64,000 nucleotides of DNA from Lama guanicoe (Eukaryota): assembly GCA_013239625.1 (NCBI GenBank), contig MU054323.1, forward strand, positions 2,356,001 through 2,420,000. Direction: 5' to 3'. The notes beneath the pieces were generated by a model, which saw only the letters and a list, made by a program, of their open reading frames with translations, did no database searches and had not been told where the DNA came from. Position numbers and translations under genes: made by a program. This document shows positions 51,553 to 64,000 of the stretch, piece by piece; within the stretch, counting starts at the first letter, position 1; the number at the start of each line of letters is the position of its first letter.

Positions 51553-54054
51553 ACCTAGCGTATCCTCAAAAGAGTTTTATCTTGCTTCTGCAAAGAAATC
51601 ATCTTGCTTCTAGCCCCATATATAGTTTCCACAGAAGGACAGAGGAGCCTGTGAAAATAAGGAAATCATAAAGGCCAGGGCTTCTTTGTATCTGCTCAGT
51701 AGTTCAGGGTACAAGTTCCAGCCTCAGCTGTGTGTATCATGGGCCCTCTGATCAGGGTGCTAAAGACAAAAGTCAGATGGACAGACAGGAGCCAAAGAGA
51801 CACAGCCACCCACCAACCTGCCTGACTGCCTGGATTAACCATCATTAAGTTGCTTTCCAACAGAATAACCAATCACTCCACTTCCTTCTTCGTATGTTCG
51901 TAGTATTTATCATCAGTAGCATGAAGAGTCATAGAGGGGCCATGTGCTGTCCCCAAACAAATATGTATCTGCTCAGTGCTTGGCATTATGTTAACTGTTT
52001 ATATCTGAATTTCCTGTTTCTAAACTTTACTGGGCACATAATCAAGATCATATCTTTTCCACCTCTCACTGCATTCTGCCCCTCCCAGCCCACCCCTCCA
52101 GCTGGGGCTCGGTGTCTTTACAGTGTTATTTCAATTAGCTACTTTCAGAGGTACCGCGGAGGCGTGCTCTGGGCTGTTTATTCTCACGCAGTTGAATATA
52201 CATTTCTTGTGTTTCAATTTAGAAACTTCCAGCTGCCTGGAACTGTATTATATTCTGTGGGTGTGAAAGGAAAAGCCTCTGACATCTTCTCTTGCCCTTA
52301 GAAGAAAGAAAAAAAAATACTTTGGTTTCTGTTTAGCTGTGAGGCTAACATCTTACCTTCTTTGACAAATACAAGTCCTGGGCTTTATTTTGAGGCGCTC
52401 AGACCTTTAAGGCATGAAGCAGGCCTGTGGGCAGAGGGAGAGGAGTTTCAGAGGATACCTTCCGGGGAAGCCAACTTCTTCTTCACCTCAGATCTGGCAA
52501 CTGTGCACAGTGAAGCCCAAAGACAGAAGACCAGGAGCCCTGTGTATGTCTCTCGGCTGATTTAGATGCCCTGTCGACTTGCCAAGAAGAAATGAGCTCC
52601 TGGCTTCTCAAAGCTTTGACTTAACCTCTGACTTACCAAGAAGACCAGCCCAGAATTCCTCTTCCTGCTGGTGAATAGCTGGAAAGCCTTCCTCCGACGC
52701 AAACGTGCCAGAATAATTTCCCCCTAGTCAGTCTCAAAGTTTGAAGTGTTAGTTTTACACTTACTTAAAGAATGCATCTTAAATATTGAAAATAAGAGAA
52801 ATTATTAAACTTTCAAGAAGAAAACAGAAACCCTACTAAGAATCTTGTCAAGATATTATCTTTATTTCCATTCTTTTTTTTTTAAGATAAATTCTGGGGG
52901 AAAAAAATTGAACTCTCTCTATATATGTGGCACCCCAGCTTCCATGTCTGTCTTGACTTCAATTTAGATTTCTATCCTTCCGGGGCCTCCAGGTCCGATG
53001 ATAGCCTGACCCATCCCTCATCTCACTCTCTACCCCTTTCTCTCCACTCATACCCGCGAACAGCCCTTGCCAACTGTGTGAGGGGGGTTGCGATCTCCAA
53101 ATGGTTTCAATAAAAGGGGTGGAGAAGAGGTAGAAAGAGTATGTGGGGCTCAAAAAGCAGAGCCATTGTAGGAGAGGGACAGTAGTTTTGTTCTCCGGAA
53201 CTTTCATCTCTGAACCAAGTTGCAAATACGGGTGAAGAGACAAAAGATCATTCCACTTCTTCCCTGCCAGCAAGCTAACTCTATTCCAGAAGCGTCACAA
53301 GACTAGATCCTAAATCACCTTTCTCAACACATGTTTTGTAAAACTTGTAATAAGTGAGACTTCTTCCCAGATTTTGGCAATAGGATGAGCCTCAGGTTCT
53401 AATTTTTGAAGGTGAGGAGGTTGGGAAGGTCAGAGTTATTGGGGATGGTATATCAGACTCACAGCTTGGAGACAATGAGAATTAAATGAGACTCAAGGAC
53501 TGCTAACCAGATGCCATTTTAAACCTGAATTTCATATAATTCTTTAGTAAGAATTCAGCTATTTAAAAATAGATAATGAGATTCACCCCAGGCAATATGA
53601 TTTGTATTTTATAAAGGTCTAAGAATTACTGGAGAAGACACTAAAACTTACAAATGGAAGAAAGTTAGATTACATGACCTATAGGAAGGATTCAGGCTGC
53701 TCTTAAGCGCTTCTCTTACTCATCCATTTGGCAGCATTTCTAGACAAATGTTGAGTTAAAAAAATTAATCTGAACCCCTTGTGATTTGTATAGGTGGTGT
53801 GATTTATGTATTTAAACACCTTCCTATCTGTAACATCTTGTTATTCTCCCTAAAGGTAGGTAGAGTGTGATGTCTTCATTTTACAGATGAAAATTTGTTG
53901 TGAAAGGATGGGCGAGATTAAGTAGATTCCTGGCCCACCGTTTATTATTTATTGATTCATTATCTAGATCATTCATTCATAGATTTGCTCATTCAGGTTT
54001 TTTGTAGAGACTTTATTTCAGGGCCTGTGCTAGGTTTTGAGGGTGGATACAAGC

Positions 54055-54252
54055 AACGGTATGCTAGGAAATGTTTAACAAGTGGCTCTGGGTCAGGGGG
54101 AGGTAATTTGTAGTGTTTGACAATTTTGTGGTATAAATAATCCCACCATGGCTGATCTCTAACAACCAGTGTAACATCTTGAACTCCGAGGCGAGGAAAG
54201 ATGTGTATAATTTGCTCTTATAAGTGGTATGGCTGGCTCCAACACACCACAA
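54055..54252. mobile_element. MER63-like hAT element nested in an L2
   Basis: 'aaatgtttaacaagtggctct...atttgtagtgtttg...ataaataatcccaccatggctgat...ggctccaacacaccac'. Confidence 0.75.
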
Positions 54253-54261
54253 AACATCAAC

Positions 54262-54626
54262 TGTCTTAGTCTATTCAGGCTGCTGTAACAAAGTACCAGG
54301 GGCTGTGTGGCTTATAAACAAGAGTTTATTTCTCACGTTCTAGAGGCTGGGAGGTCCAAGATCAAGGTGCTGGCAGACTCAGTGTCTTGTGAGGGCCCAT
54401 TTCCTAGTCCATGGATAGCCGTCTTCATGCTGTACGTTCACAGGGCAGAAGGGGCGGGGAGAAGAGTATCTAGGGTCTCTTAGGAGGGGACTAATTCATT
54501 CATGAGGGCTCCACACACATGACCTAATCATCTCCCAAAGCCTCATCTCCAAATACTATTAGGCATTAGGCTAATTAGGATTTAACATATGAATCTGGGG
54601 AGGATACAGACATCCAGTCCTTGGCG
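54262..54626 (-). mobile_element. MaLR solo LTR (MLT1A-like)
   Basis: 'tgtcttagtctattcaggctgctgtaacaaagtacca...gaggctgggaggtccaagatcaaggtgctggcaga...atgacctaatcatctcccaaag'. Confidence 0.88.
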
Positions 54627-54629
54627 ACG

Positions 54630-55070
54630 AAGTATAGAGGGGATTTTCTATATTTGAGTTTTTCACAGTAGTAGGCAAGGGACAGAATTATAAATAAATA
54701 TTTACAACACAAAATTGCATAACTATGTAATAAAGGTATATACAAGGACCTGTCGGAATCCTAAGTTCCCTAGGGTGGTTATCAGACAGACTTGACAGGA
54801 GGTGATATCTGAATTGTCTTGAAGAATGAGTGTTAATTCCCCAAGCAGTCAGTGTAAGGTAAGGGCTTCTCAGGCTGGGGAAAAGGCAGGGCAAGGGCGT
54901 GCAAGTGTCCATGAGCACGGTGTGGGCCAGGAGCTGTGAGTAGTTGTTAAGACATAAAGTGGATGGTCCTGAGAGAGTCTTAGGAGATAAGAAGCAACAT
55001 CACAAAGGAAACTCCCAATCGCGTTTAGAAGACTGGACCTGCTTCATCATGAGGGAGCTGGATAGGGAGT
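54630..55070 (-). mobile_element. L2 fragment (continues from about 53960-54050)
   Basis: 'gaggtgatatctgaattgtcttgaagaatgagtg...ggcaagggcgtgcaagtg' antisense L2. Confidence 0.55.
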
Positions 55071-55082
55071 TTTATATATACT

Positions 55083-55380
55083 TTCAGCTTTATTGACGTA
55101 TAGTTGACAAATAGGAATTGTGTAAATTGAAGATACACAACTTGATGTTTTCATATGTGTATCCATTGTAAAATGATCACTACAATGAAGCTAATTAGCA
55201 TATCCATCACCTCACATAGGTACCATTTTTTTTTTCTTGTGGATGATTGTGTGTGTGGCGAGAACACTCAAAATCTAACATTTTAGCAAATTTCAAGTAT
55301 GCAATACAGTATTGTTTATTATAGTCACCACACTGTACATTAAATCTCCAGAACTTACTCATTTTACATAACTGAAACTA
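55083..55380 (-). mobile_element. LINE-1 3' UTR fragment (L1MA9-like)
   Basis: 'cagctttattgacgtatagttgacaaata...aaatgatcactacaatgaagctaattagcatatccatcacctcacatag'. Confidence 0.85.
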
Positions 55381-57079
55381 GTTTTTTTTTTTTTTAATAT
55401 ATCACTTTGCCTGCAGAAGGGTGAGTAGGTTGAAAGGTGACAAGACTTGCGGCACTAAGACAATCAGAGGATGCCACAGGAATTCGGTTGGGAACAAAAA
55501 GGGCTAGGTATGAAGAGGAAGGAGGGTTTGTAATCATGATGTAGAATCAGCTGGGCAGATGAATATAACAGAAACTGGAACCCGATGCTCTGGGTCCGTT
55601 CCATTAAGCCCTCCTCTGTCTAACTGCACCACTCTCTACCTACAGTGGCCATTTCTAGGGTGACTCTGGCCAGCTAGGCAACCCCTCTTGGCTTCAGGTC
55701 ACCCCAGGCTGGGGGCTGTGAAGGCACAGCCCGGACACCCCCCCCACCCTAACCCTGGCAGACCCCACCTCTGTTACCGAGAGCTGCAAAGGTGCTTTGC
55801 TCCCCGCTTGGAAAGGCCACGCAGACCCAGGGCCACACTACAGAGAACATGTGGTTGCTATTTCATTTATGCTTTATCATTTTTCATTCTGACATTAAAG
55901 CTCCTCTACAGCGGGGCGAGAGCGCTGTACATTGTAAGGCGTAATGTGAACCGAGGGCTCCTGCTTCGTGCCAGAGAAACGTGATTCAGAAACAATTTGA
56001 GGGCAACTGCAAGGTGATGTGGCCCAGAGAACCAGAAGCTATTGAAACTTTAAACATCACTTCTGGACAGTATAATATGTTTTGCAGGGCAGCTTGGAAA
56101 AACAGGAAAACCCTCCTTGGTCAATCCTTGGAGAATTAGGAGTCTTTAAACATCAGCTGGAGCAAATGTTTCTTAAAGAGCCCCACACCCGTGCAATTGA
56201 AGACCACAGAGTTAAGCTAGAAGCACCTTCATCCCTTGGTCCCCAAGGAAGCTGGGGACACAGGAGTGGATGGACTTGCCCGGGATCTCACACCTCTGTG
56301 CTACAGACATGAGCCCCTGGCTTTCCCCCCTCCCAGAGCCGCCTTTCTCTCCCAGTGGCTGGCTGGTGCCAGTCTCTCCTTTCTAATCTTGTGCCATTGA
56401 AAGGTGAATTTTCAAGGGGACAAACCTGTCAAGCTCCTTTGAAAAGAGAAAGACAGCTGCCTATTTCTTCTTGCATAGAAAATTCAGTTTTGTGACGTTT
56501 GCCTGTATCTCTCCCACTAGGTGGTATGTTACTTGACCGAGCTTCAGTGTAGTGTCTGGAACAGAGTGGATACTCAATAAATGTGGAAGGAGGAGTGGGA
56601 GAAAGGGGAGAAGGAAGATCAGGAGGGAGGATGGGAGAGTGAGAGGACCATGGGGAATGATGCTTTTAAAAACTCAGTTTTGAGTTTTTACATAAGGAAA
56701 AGGAGAGCTGTTAAGCATTCTGCAAATCAATGTGATCAGAGATAAAAATAAACAAAATTTATATTTATTGAGTGGCTTCTTTTAAAATCTCAAATTCTGT
56801 TCATCAGTTTCTCACTGAGACATTACGTTTTAGCCATGCACCATCAACAATTAATAGCAAAATATATCAAGGTTATTGGTAAATTCAGGCTTCAAATACC
56901 AATAACTCTAACCAAATGCAATTGCTATTCTTGCGGGGTCCAGAATACCTCTCCCCAATTTTTCCTGCTTTTTCCTCTGACTGTGCTGATGCAGCAGGAA
57001 TGGGCACAATATTCATCGCGGTATGTAAAATAAAATTTTGTAAAGAATGCCTCATTCTAGTGTTTTTAAGGAAACTTTT

Positions 57080-57357
57080 AAAAAATTTAGAACAGTTTTA
57101 GATTTACAGAAAGTTTGAAAGATTGTACAGTGAGTTTGTATATACTCTCACCTAGTTTTCCCCGTTAACGTCTTACATTGATATGGTTACAATTAATTGA
57201 CAACTTTGACACATTAGTGTTAACCAGTGTCCATTGTATATTCAGATTTCCTTCGTTTTTGCCTAATATCATTTTTATATCCTAAGGATCCCATAGAGGA
57301 TACATTTCATTTAATTGTCATGTCTCCTTAGGCTCCTCTTGGCTGTGACAGTTCTCA
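57080..57357 (-). mobile_element. Old LINE-1 3' UTR fragment (L1MC/MD-like)
   Basis: 'tagaacagttttagatttacagaaa...tgtcatgtctccttaggctcctcttggctgtgacagtt'. Confidence 0.8.
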
Positions 57358-58469
57358 CCCCATATTTTAACAGGAGTGAATAAAAATCCGTTTACCATGC
57401 TTAAAAGTCATAGATAAGCTTTCCTGCCCAACGTGGGCTTATGCCTGTAAATGCATTTTCCACAAGTGTAAAGTTTTAAATGTTTTTTTTTTAACCCTGT
57501 TACGGGTAAGCAAACGCCTATTTCTTTTAAAAGAGATGAACACTGACTACACCCCGATGTTATAAAGATATTTTAGAATGTACAAAAATTTATGAACACG
57601 CTGATAAGGAGTGGTAAAGAGCCATAGATAGCCAATCATGCAACAGTTAGTGAAAATCTAGTTGTCAGCAATCAGAATACGAGGGTTGGAAAATGAGGCA
57701 CCCAGAGTCCCTAGGCTCCTAATTAGCATATATGCCCACCTCCCGCCAGACCTGACGGGCATTAACCCCTGCATTGCTCCAGAGCTGCTGTCAGCTTTGC
57801 ACACGCTGACCATAAGGCATCAGAGACCAGGAAACACTGGCCATGAGTGAGTAGTGACCAAAGCAGTGAGACTGGTCAATTCCTGCACAGATGGGATGTG
57901 CCCTGACAGCCCTCTCCTTTCTTGCTTCTGCACAGTTGCTACTTAGCTTGTGCAAGGAAATGCGTAAGTGAAAGGGATTTAAGCTAAGTGATGTCTGTCC
58001 ACATTTCCTCTTAGTGTGGTCTTCCCTTCAAATAAAACACTGATGCTGGACTGAGGAGTATTTCCTAGGAACTTTTTCTACCAAGGAACCACCTCTAAAC
58101 AAGGAAAGCCCTTTTCCTGAACTGCTTCCAGTCTATGAAGACAGATGCCTAGAAGTACCAGAACAGAGAATGGAAGTTTATACTAGAAGCAAAAGAAGTT
58201 GGCAGACGGAGGAAAGCAGACAAGAGAAGTGGAAATAAAGGGCATGGATATCAGCAACACGCATTCAGAGGACTGGGATTCAGTTATTCCCCAAGCCAGC
58301 TGTCATTGTTCTTTCTAAAAACCCTGCCCCTTCCCCACTGTTATTACTGTTTCCCCGCCTTGTGAAAGATTTCTCTCATCTGCAACTAAAGGAGTTCCGA
58401 CTAATGCATTTAGTAAAAATATAAACTACTTAGGAGTCTGGTTTAATATTATTCTTCCTTATAGCATTC

Positions 58470-58675
58470 AGGGTTTTTTTCCCTTCTAATGCTTATCAGA
58501 ATGTGTAATTATGCATTTATTTTAAAATGTTATTTTCCCATTGGACTGTGTATAACATGAGAATGAGGACCACGTCTGTTTGGCTCATGACTGAATACAC
58601 AGCACCGAGCATCATGCTTAGAACAGAGTAAGCATTTAATAAATTCAATGGATGAGTGAATGAGTGAGTAAATAA
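58470..58675 (+). mobile_element. L2 3' end
   Basis: 'agcatcatgcttagaacagagtaagcatttaataaattcaatggatgagtgaatgagtga'. Confidence 0.65.
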
Positions 58676-59306
58676 AATACTAGATATCCAAGTTATTTTA
58701 AGTATTGAAGGCAGTAATGAGAATATTGCGTTCAATAACTTCCATAAAAATTAAGTCGAGTAAGGGGTGAGAGAACTTAGTTCTCAACGCCCAAGCACTA
58801 TTAGTGCTTATGGGTAAGTCATTCAAATTTAACACACTGGGTTATTTCATTGGGTTATTGTGTCCCACGGTTTGTAGGGTTTGTGTTTTATTCCTTGATT
58901 TGAAAATCAAATCTTTGGTCTTGGATGTGGTCATGGTAGCCAATTAAAATGAGGACATCTACAATTTGGATATAATGTATCCGTGATAGGATTTTTTCTG
59001 TCTCACAGGATAGTTGGGTAGCCAAATTAAAAAATAAGATAATTACCTATATAGTACTTAATAAAATACATTATAAAAGTGTGAGAGAATAAAACTTTTA
59101 CATGGAAAACACCACCACTTCCCAGAGACAAATTGGTAAAATTAAATCTGAAAGGATAAGACAGGATTTCTGCAGAAGTCCCTTTAAGTTACAGAGCATC
59201 TTCCAAACCAAAGCAGAAAGAGTAGAGATCTAATTGAAGGATGTGGTATGGGGGATGGAAAGGAAAATTGGACATACAAATTGCACAGACATCATGGAAG
59301 AAAATG

Positions 59307-59722
59307 TGTATTGGTTTCCTAGTCACAAAGTAACAAAGTACAACAAACTGGGTGGCTGACACATTGGAAGTTTATTGTCTGGAGGTTCTGGAGGCTAAAA
59401 GTCTGAGATCAAGGTGCTCAGCAGGTCTGGTTCTTTCTGAGGGTTCTAAGGAAAAATCTGTACCTTGACTCTCCTGGCTTCTGGTGGTGCGCTCCCATCT
59501 TTGGTGTTCTTTGGCTTGTAGAAGCATGACCAAGGTCTCTGCCTTCATTTTCAATGACATTCTCCCTGTGCATGTGTGCTTTTGGGTTAGGGCCTCCCCT
59601 AGTGACCTCATCTTAACTTGATTATCTGCAAAAACTTGTTTCCAAATAAGGTCGTATTCTAAGATATTTGTGTGAGGACTTCAGCATAAGAATTTGGGGA
59701 TGACACAATTCAACCCATAACA
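59307..59722 (-). mobile_element. MaLR solo LTR (MLT1B/C-like)
   Basis: tg...ca ends ('tgtattggtttccta', 'caattcaacccataaca'), internal 'gttctggaggctaaaagtctgagatcaaggtg', near-matching 5-bp flanks aaatg/agatg. Confidence 0.88.
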
Positions 59723-60456
59723 AGATGAACCCACAGAGAAAGGATGCTTCACTTGGAGATTTTTAAAAGGGGAGCCAAAGAAAGGGCATATCTGTTCCTC
59801 CTGCATGGTCCAGAGGGAGGAGTGCTCAGATAGACGGGGCTTAGCACTGACAGGTCTACTTCTAAGGTAGGGATGAACGATCATCTTTCTCCTCCTCCCA
59901 GTTCTGACCCTATGCTTGCAAAACAAAATTCTGGAAACTGTTTTCGTGTTCCCAGTAGGGGAGAACACAGCTGACTGATAGATAAGCATTCTTCTCCATT
60001 CTGGAATGTTAACTCTCAGGGTACATTCATGTCATTGTCAAGCCTGTAAGTCAGTTTCTGTGAACTTGATTTAAGGTAAATCAATCCTTCTGAGCACAGT
60101 ATCTCTAAGTGTCATGGCTGGATCCATTTTCTGGGTGTGTCATCTCCCTCCGTACAACTCAGGTGGTGTAGTCACCTTGTTTCCTCAACACTGCTGATAA
60201 TGGACTATAACTTTTAATGCAGCTTGAATAATATTTACAAACATTTTCTTATTATTTGTGTATATGATCATTCCTAGATATATGTCTCATTCCTATCTAT
60301 ATTTCCAAAGCTTATAAAAAGGCTCAGTACATACTAGGAGTTGAGATTTTTTCTAATAATAATAAATGTACTAAAAAAATAATATGGTTTCTCTAAGTTA
60401 CTGTTTATATAACTTTTGTTAAGTATGAAAAAATATATGGTCCCTTGCTTATTCTT

Positions 60457-60682
60457 TTTTTTTTGTCTACCTTTTTAAATTGAAGTATGGGCAGTGTACA
60501 ATGTTGTGTCAATTTCTGGTGTACAGCACAATGCTTCAGTCATACATGAATATACATATATTCGTTTTCATATTCTTTTTCACCGTAAGCTGCTACAAGA
60601 TATCGAATATAGTTCCCTGTGCTATACAGTATAAACTTGTTTATCTGTTTTGTATATACCAGTCAGTATCTGCAAATCTCGA
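60457..60682 (-). mobile_element. Young 5'-truncated LINE-1 3' end (camelid-like) with 10-bp target-site duplication
   Basis: gcttattctt at 60447-60456 and 60683-60692; T-tract then 'ttgaagtat...tacaatgttgtgtcaatttctggtgtacagca...atagttccctgtgctatacag'. Confidence 0.9.
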
Positions 60683-60904
60683 GCTTATTCTTGATTCTTC
60701 TGAGTTATCTTCAGTCATTGCCCTGGCATTTGGTTTCTTTGCTGTGAATTCCCTCTTTGTTTTTCAAAAATCACCCAAGATCATATCTGGCCTTATCAGT
60801 CTAGATGGATGCCCTAAGAAGGAGCCTAGAGGACAGTGCCACAGTCTGTGTTCCCATAGCTCCCTGACCTTCCCCTTTATTAAGAATTATCACATTATAA
60901 ACCA

Positions 60905-61925
60905 TTTTAACAGCTTCATTGAGATATAATTGACATAAGTAGCCTGGACATAAGTAGTGTAATTTGATATCTTTGGCATATGTATACACTCATGGAAACA
61001 TCACCACAGTCAAGATAATGGCATATACATCACCCACAAAAACTTGGTTGTCTCCTTTGTAATCTATCTCTCCTGCTCCCATCCCCAAGCAAACCATGAC
61101 AGGCTTTCTGTCACTGTGGATTATTTTGCATGTCCTAACATTTTATATACATGACATTATATCGCATGTACTCTTTTTGATCTGTCATTTTGCATTTGGA
61201 ATAACTATTTTGTGATGTGTCTATGTTGTTAAGTATATCAGTAGTTCCTTCTTTTATTTGTGAGTAGTACTCTATTTACTTTATTGCATGGATATACCAC
61301 AACTTGTCTATTCACTTACCTGTTGGTGGTCGTCTGGGTCGTTTCCTACATTTGGCTTCTACAAATAAGGTTTCTGTGAACACTTGCATACAAGTGGTTT
61401 TATGGACATATGGTTTTACTTCCAATTGGTAAATACATGAGAGTAGAATAGCTGAATTATATAACTGCATATTTAATTAAGAACCTGACAAACTCTTTTG
61501 CAAAGTGATCGTCCCATTTTACGTTCACACCAGCACTGTAGGAGAGTTCAAGTTCCTCCATATCCTTTCCAACACTTGATATGATTAGTCTTTTTCAGTG
61601 TAGCCATTCCAATAGATATCCCAATGTAAGTATTTTGTATTTTAATAGTATTGTATACTTTTACTTCAATTTCTGATTATTCATTGCTTGTGCATAGAAA
61701 TGCAATGGATATTTGTACATTGATCTCAGTCTTGCAACTTTACTAATCTCATTCATTCTAGTAGCTTTTGGAGGGGATATATTTTATCAAAAGCTTTACA
61801 CAGATGGTCATGATGTCTATGAATTTTTGAAGTTTTACTTCTTTTCCAATCTGAATGCCTTTTATTTCTTGCCTGATTTGACTGGATAGAATTTTTATCA
61901 CAATATTGGCCAAAAGTGATGAAAG
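60905..61925 (-). mobile_element. Old LINE-1 fragments (L1MB/MC-like 3' end joined to an ORF2 piece)
   Basis: 'aacagcttcattgagatataattgacata', 'attgcatggatataccacaacttgtctattcacttacctgttg', 'ttttacttcttttccaatctgaatgccttttatttctt'. Confidence 0.85.
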
Positions 61926-64000
61926 TTCTGAGTAACGCTGAGGGCTGTTTCAGTGATTACATCAACTTAGCTTCTACAAAGTCTCCTGGTTCCTACTTTC
62001 TGGGTATTCATTCTAAGGCCGGGTTCTGTATTTGTTAATAAGGTGAACATAATAGCTCTCATTAAGTGCCTGCATCTCTGCATATTATGCCATGTCATCT
62101 TCAAAACATTTGTGCAGGGAGACAACTTGCACAATGCCTACCACTTAGCATGGTGCCTGAAGCCTCTTCAGTGCCCTAAAAATATTCATTTAAGAGATGA
62201 ATGAATATTTGTGTTACTCTCTCTATTTTCCAGAAGAGAAAATGTATCATTAGAGAAGTTAGGTAATATGCTCAATAGCAGTGATGAAACCAGAGTTTAA
62301 ATGAAGTCTCTTTGAATGCAAACCTTATGATGAAAGGCCTTCCCTCAGTTTCCATCATCATCACCTCTATGACTGTTGCCTGTAGCCCCATGTTCTCAAC
62401 GATGACATCATAACTCTCTAAGAATATTTTGGAAGTCACTATATACACCCGTCTCTTTTAGCTGGGGGCTGTGCACAACCGACAATTTGAAATTAAAGGA
62501 GGGTTTACATCAGAAGAGTGTTTACTTGTATGAGTATGCTTAGATTTGTATTTGTCTTCTAAGAGGCTAGATAAGTGTTCCTTGAAGGCTACTCAGTTGC
62601 CATTAGAAGGCTAGAAAAGGTGCAAGAGGGTGAGGATCTGTGACCCTACTCCTACTTCAATCAATGTCACATTTTTATCCATATCATGTATTGAAATGGT
62701 ACTTCTGACTTCACTTTGAAGGTGACAGATGACAGAGATAGACAGATCTTAGACAGATGATAGATAAGTAGGTAGGTAGACAACAGCAATAAAACCTCTA
62801 CAAAAACTCTGCCTTAAATAAAGCCCCAGATTTAGATTTTTAGGAATTTTTTGGAATGAAATGTAGAAATATGGAATGAAGTCATTCTCCATCTTACTCA
62901 GTAGAAATGAAATCATCATTGTGTGTAATTACTTGACAGTTGAATGCCTCTTTTAAAAAATCTTTGTAACAAACCCTGCCCAACCCTTCAGTCTGCCCTG
63001 GACCCGTCCATAAGGAATAGCTTGTCACTTGTCATCATCACAGTAAGGCAACTGAGAAACTTTGCTGAAAATAAAAGCACTGTCCCTGCCTTTCTCCAAG
63101 GGCATGACTACCTTAAATAAATTGCCCCATGTTTGATACACACTTGTCAACCATATCTTTAAGCTTCTGAAGGACTGTCAACAAATACATGAATTGAGGT
63201 CAGGTTTACACATCTGCTGTCAACAGTCAGCAAATTGTTAAGACTGAATTTTTATTGCTAGTTATTAAGTCATTAAGTGTCAAAGGTTTATTCATCCAAA
63301 CTGTGCTCAGTGCAATTCTCTTTTATTTTTCTAACAATGAATGAAACATCTTGAAACCACAAGATCTTACGAAGCTCACAAATTATCACTCTTCTAAAAG
63401 AAGCTCACAGCAGAGGCATGATTTATAACTTTAAAAATAATTATTTGCTTACAGGTACCAAACTTTGCTAACTAATGCATACTTTACATTAACTTAACTA
63501 CCCCATATCCGTCAATGAGGAAACAGAGAAGTGACCTGAAATTCACCATGTCTTATAGTAAGAAATAAAGTGAAATTGCTTTCAGCTGTAAGTTTCAGAA
63601 AACCCCACCTCTAATTTCCTTAAATATTGAGGAAGTATATTATTTCTCATGAGAAGGAATCCAGAAAAATACAGTGGATTCATTATCTCACTCATCATAT
63701 GGCCTTTCTCAACTGGATCTCAAGAGAATTTAGCCCCAATGCCCTAGGTCATTTATTGAGTATAATGAATCACCTTTTCTCCTGTACACCTAGAATGGTA
63801 CTATTATAACCACCCTTGAGAGAATTAAGAAAATAGCCACATATATCATTTTCTTTGTTCAGTGGTTCCAAAGAAGAACCCCAATTGAGGATGGCTGAAC
63901 AGTTTGGCTTTCCCCCCAAAATGACTTCCTTTATAATTGCAAGACACATCAGTAATTCCTAGCACCGCACTCAAACCTGACAACTTTCATGGGGGAAAAA

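Noticed and set aside
60480..60929. 149-aa hydrophobic ORF
   Set aside because: Antisense reading of an L1 3' UTR plus T-rich flank.
1..64000. CRISPR array, tRNA/rRNA, operon or processed pseudogene
   Set aside because: No repeat-spacer periodicity, no recognisable structural RNA or retrocopy; the sequence is mammalian non-coding DNA.

Overview
Placental-mammal non-coding DNA (intergenic or deep intronic), AT-rich with GC-richer patches near 31-39 kb and 46-49 kb. Young LINE-1 3' tails look camelid/cetartiodactyl-like and I recognise no Alu, B1/B2, Bov-tA, PRE1 or SINEC; this lineage call is from memory of repeat consensuses, not a search. No host protein-coding gene, RNA gene or CRISPR array is supported; the ORF track is decayed LINE-1 or chance. 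Much of the window is old repeats (L1, HAL1, L2, L3, MIR, MaLR LTRs, hAT elements). The distinctive signal is a set of locally templated rearrangements: a ~520-bp inverted repeat around a 1.8-kb spacer with an identical core and a patchwork junction (8.7-11.6 kb), a perfect 56-bp inverted templated insertion (18.9 to 20.7 kb), a ~100-nt hairpin (25.5 kb), a 969-bp ~99% identical dispersed duplication (32/37 kb), an old ~125-bp duplication and a twin-primed L1. I cannot support a new protein-based system. Repeat family names and boundaries are by-eye and approximate.
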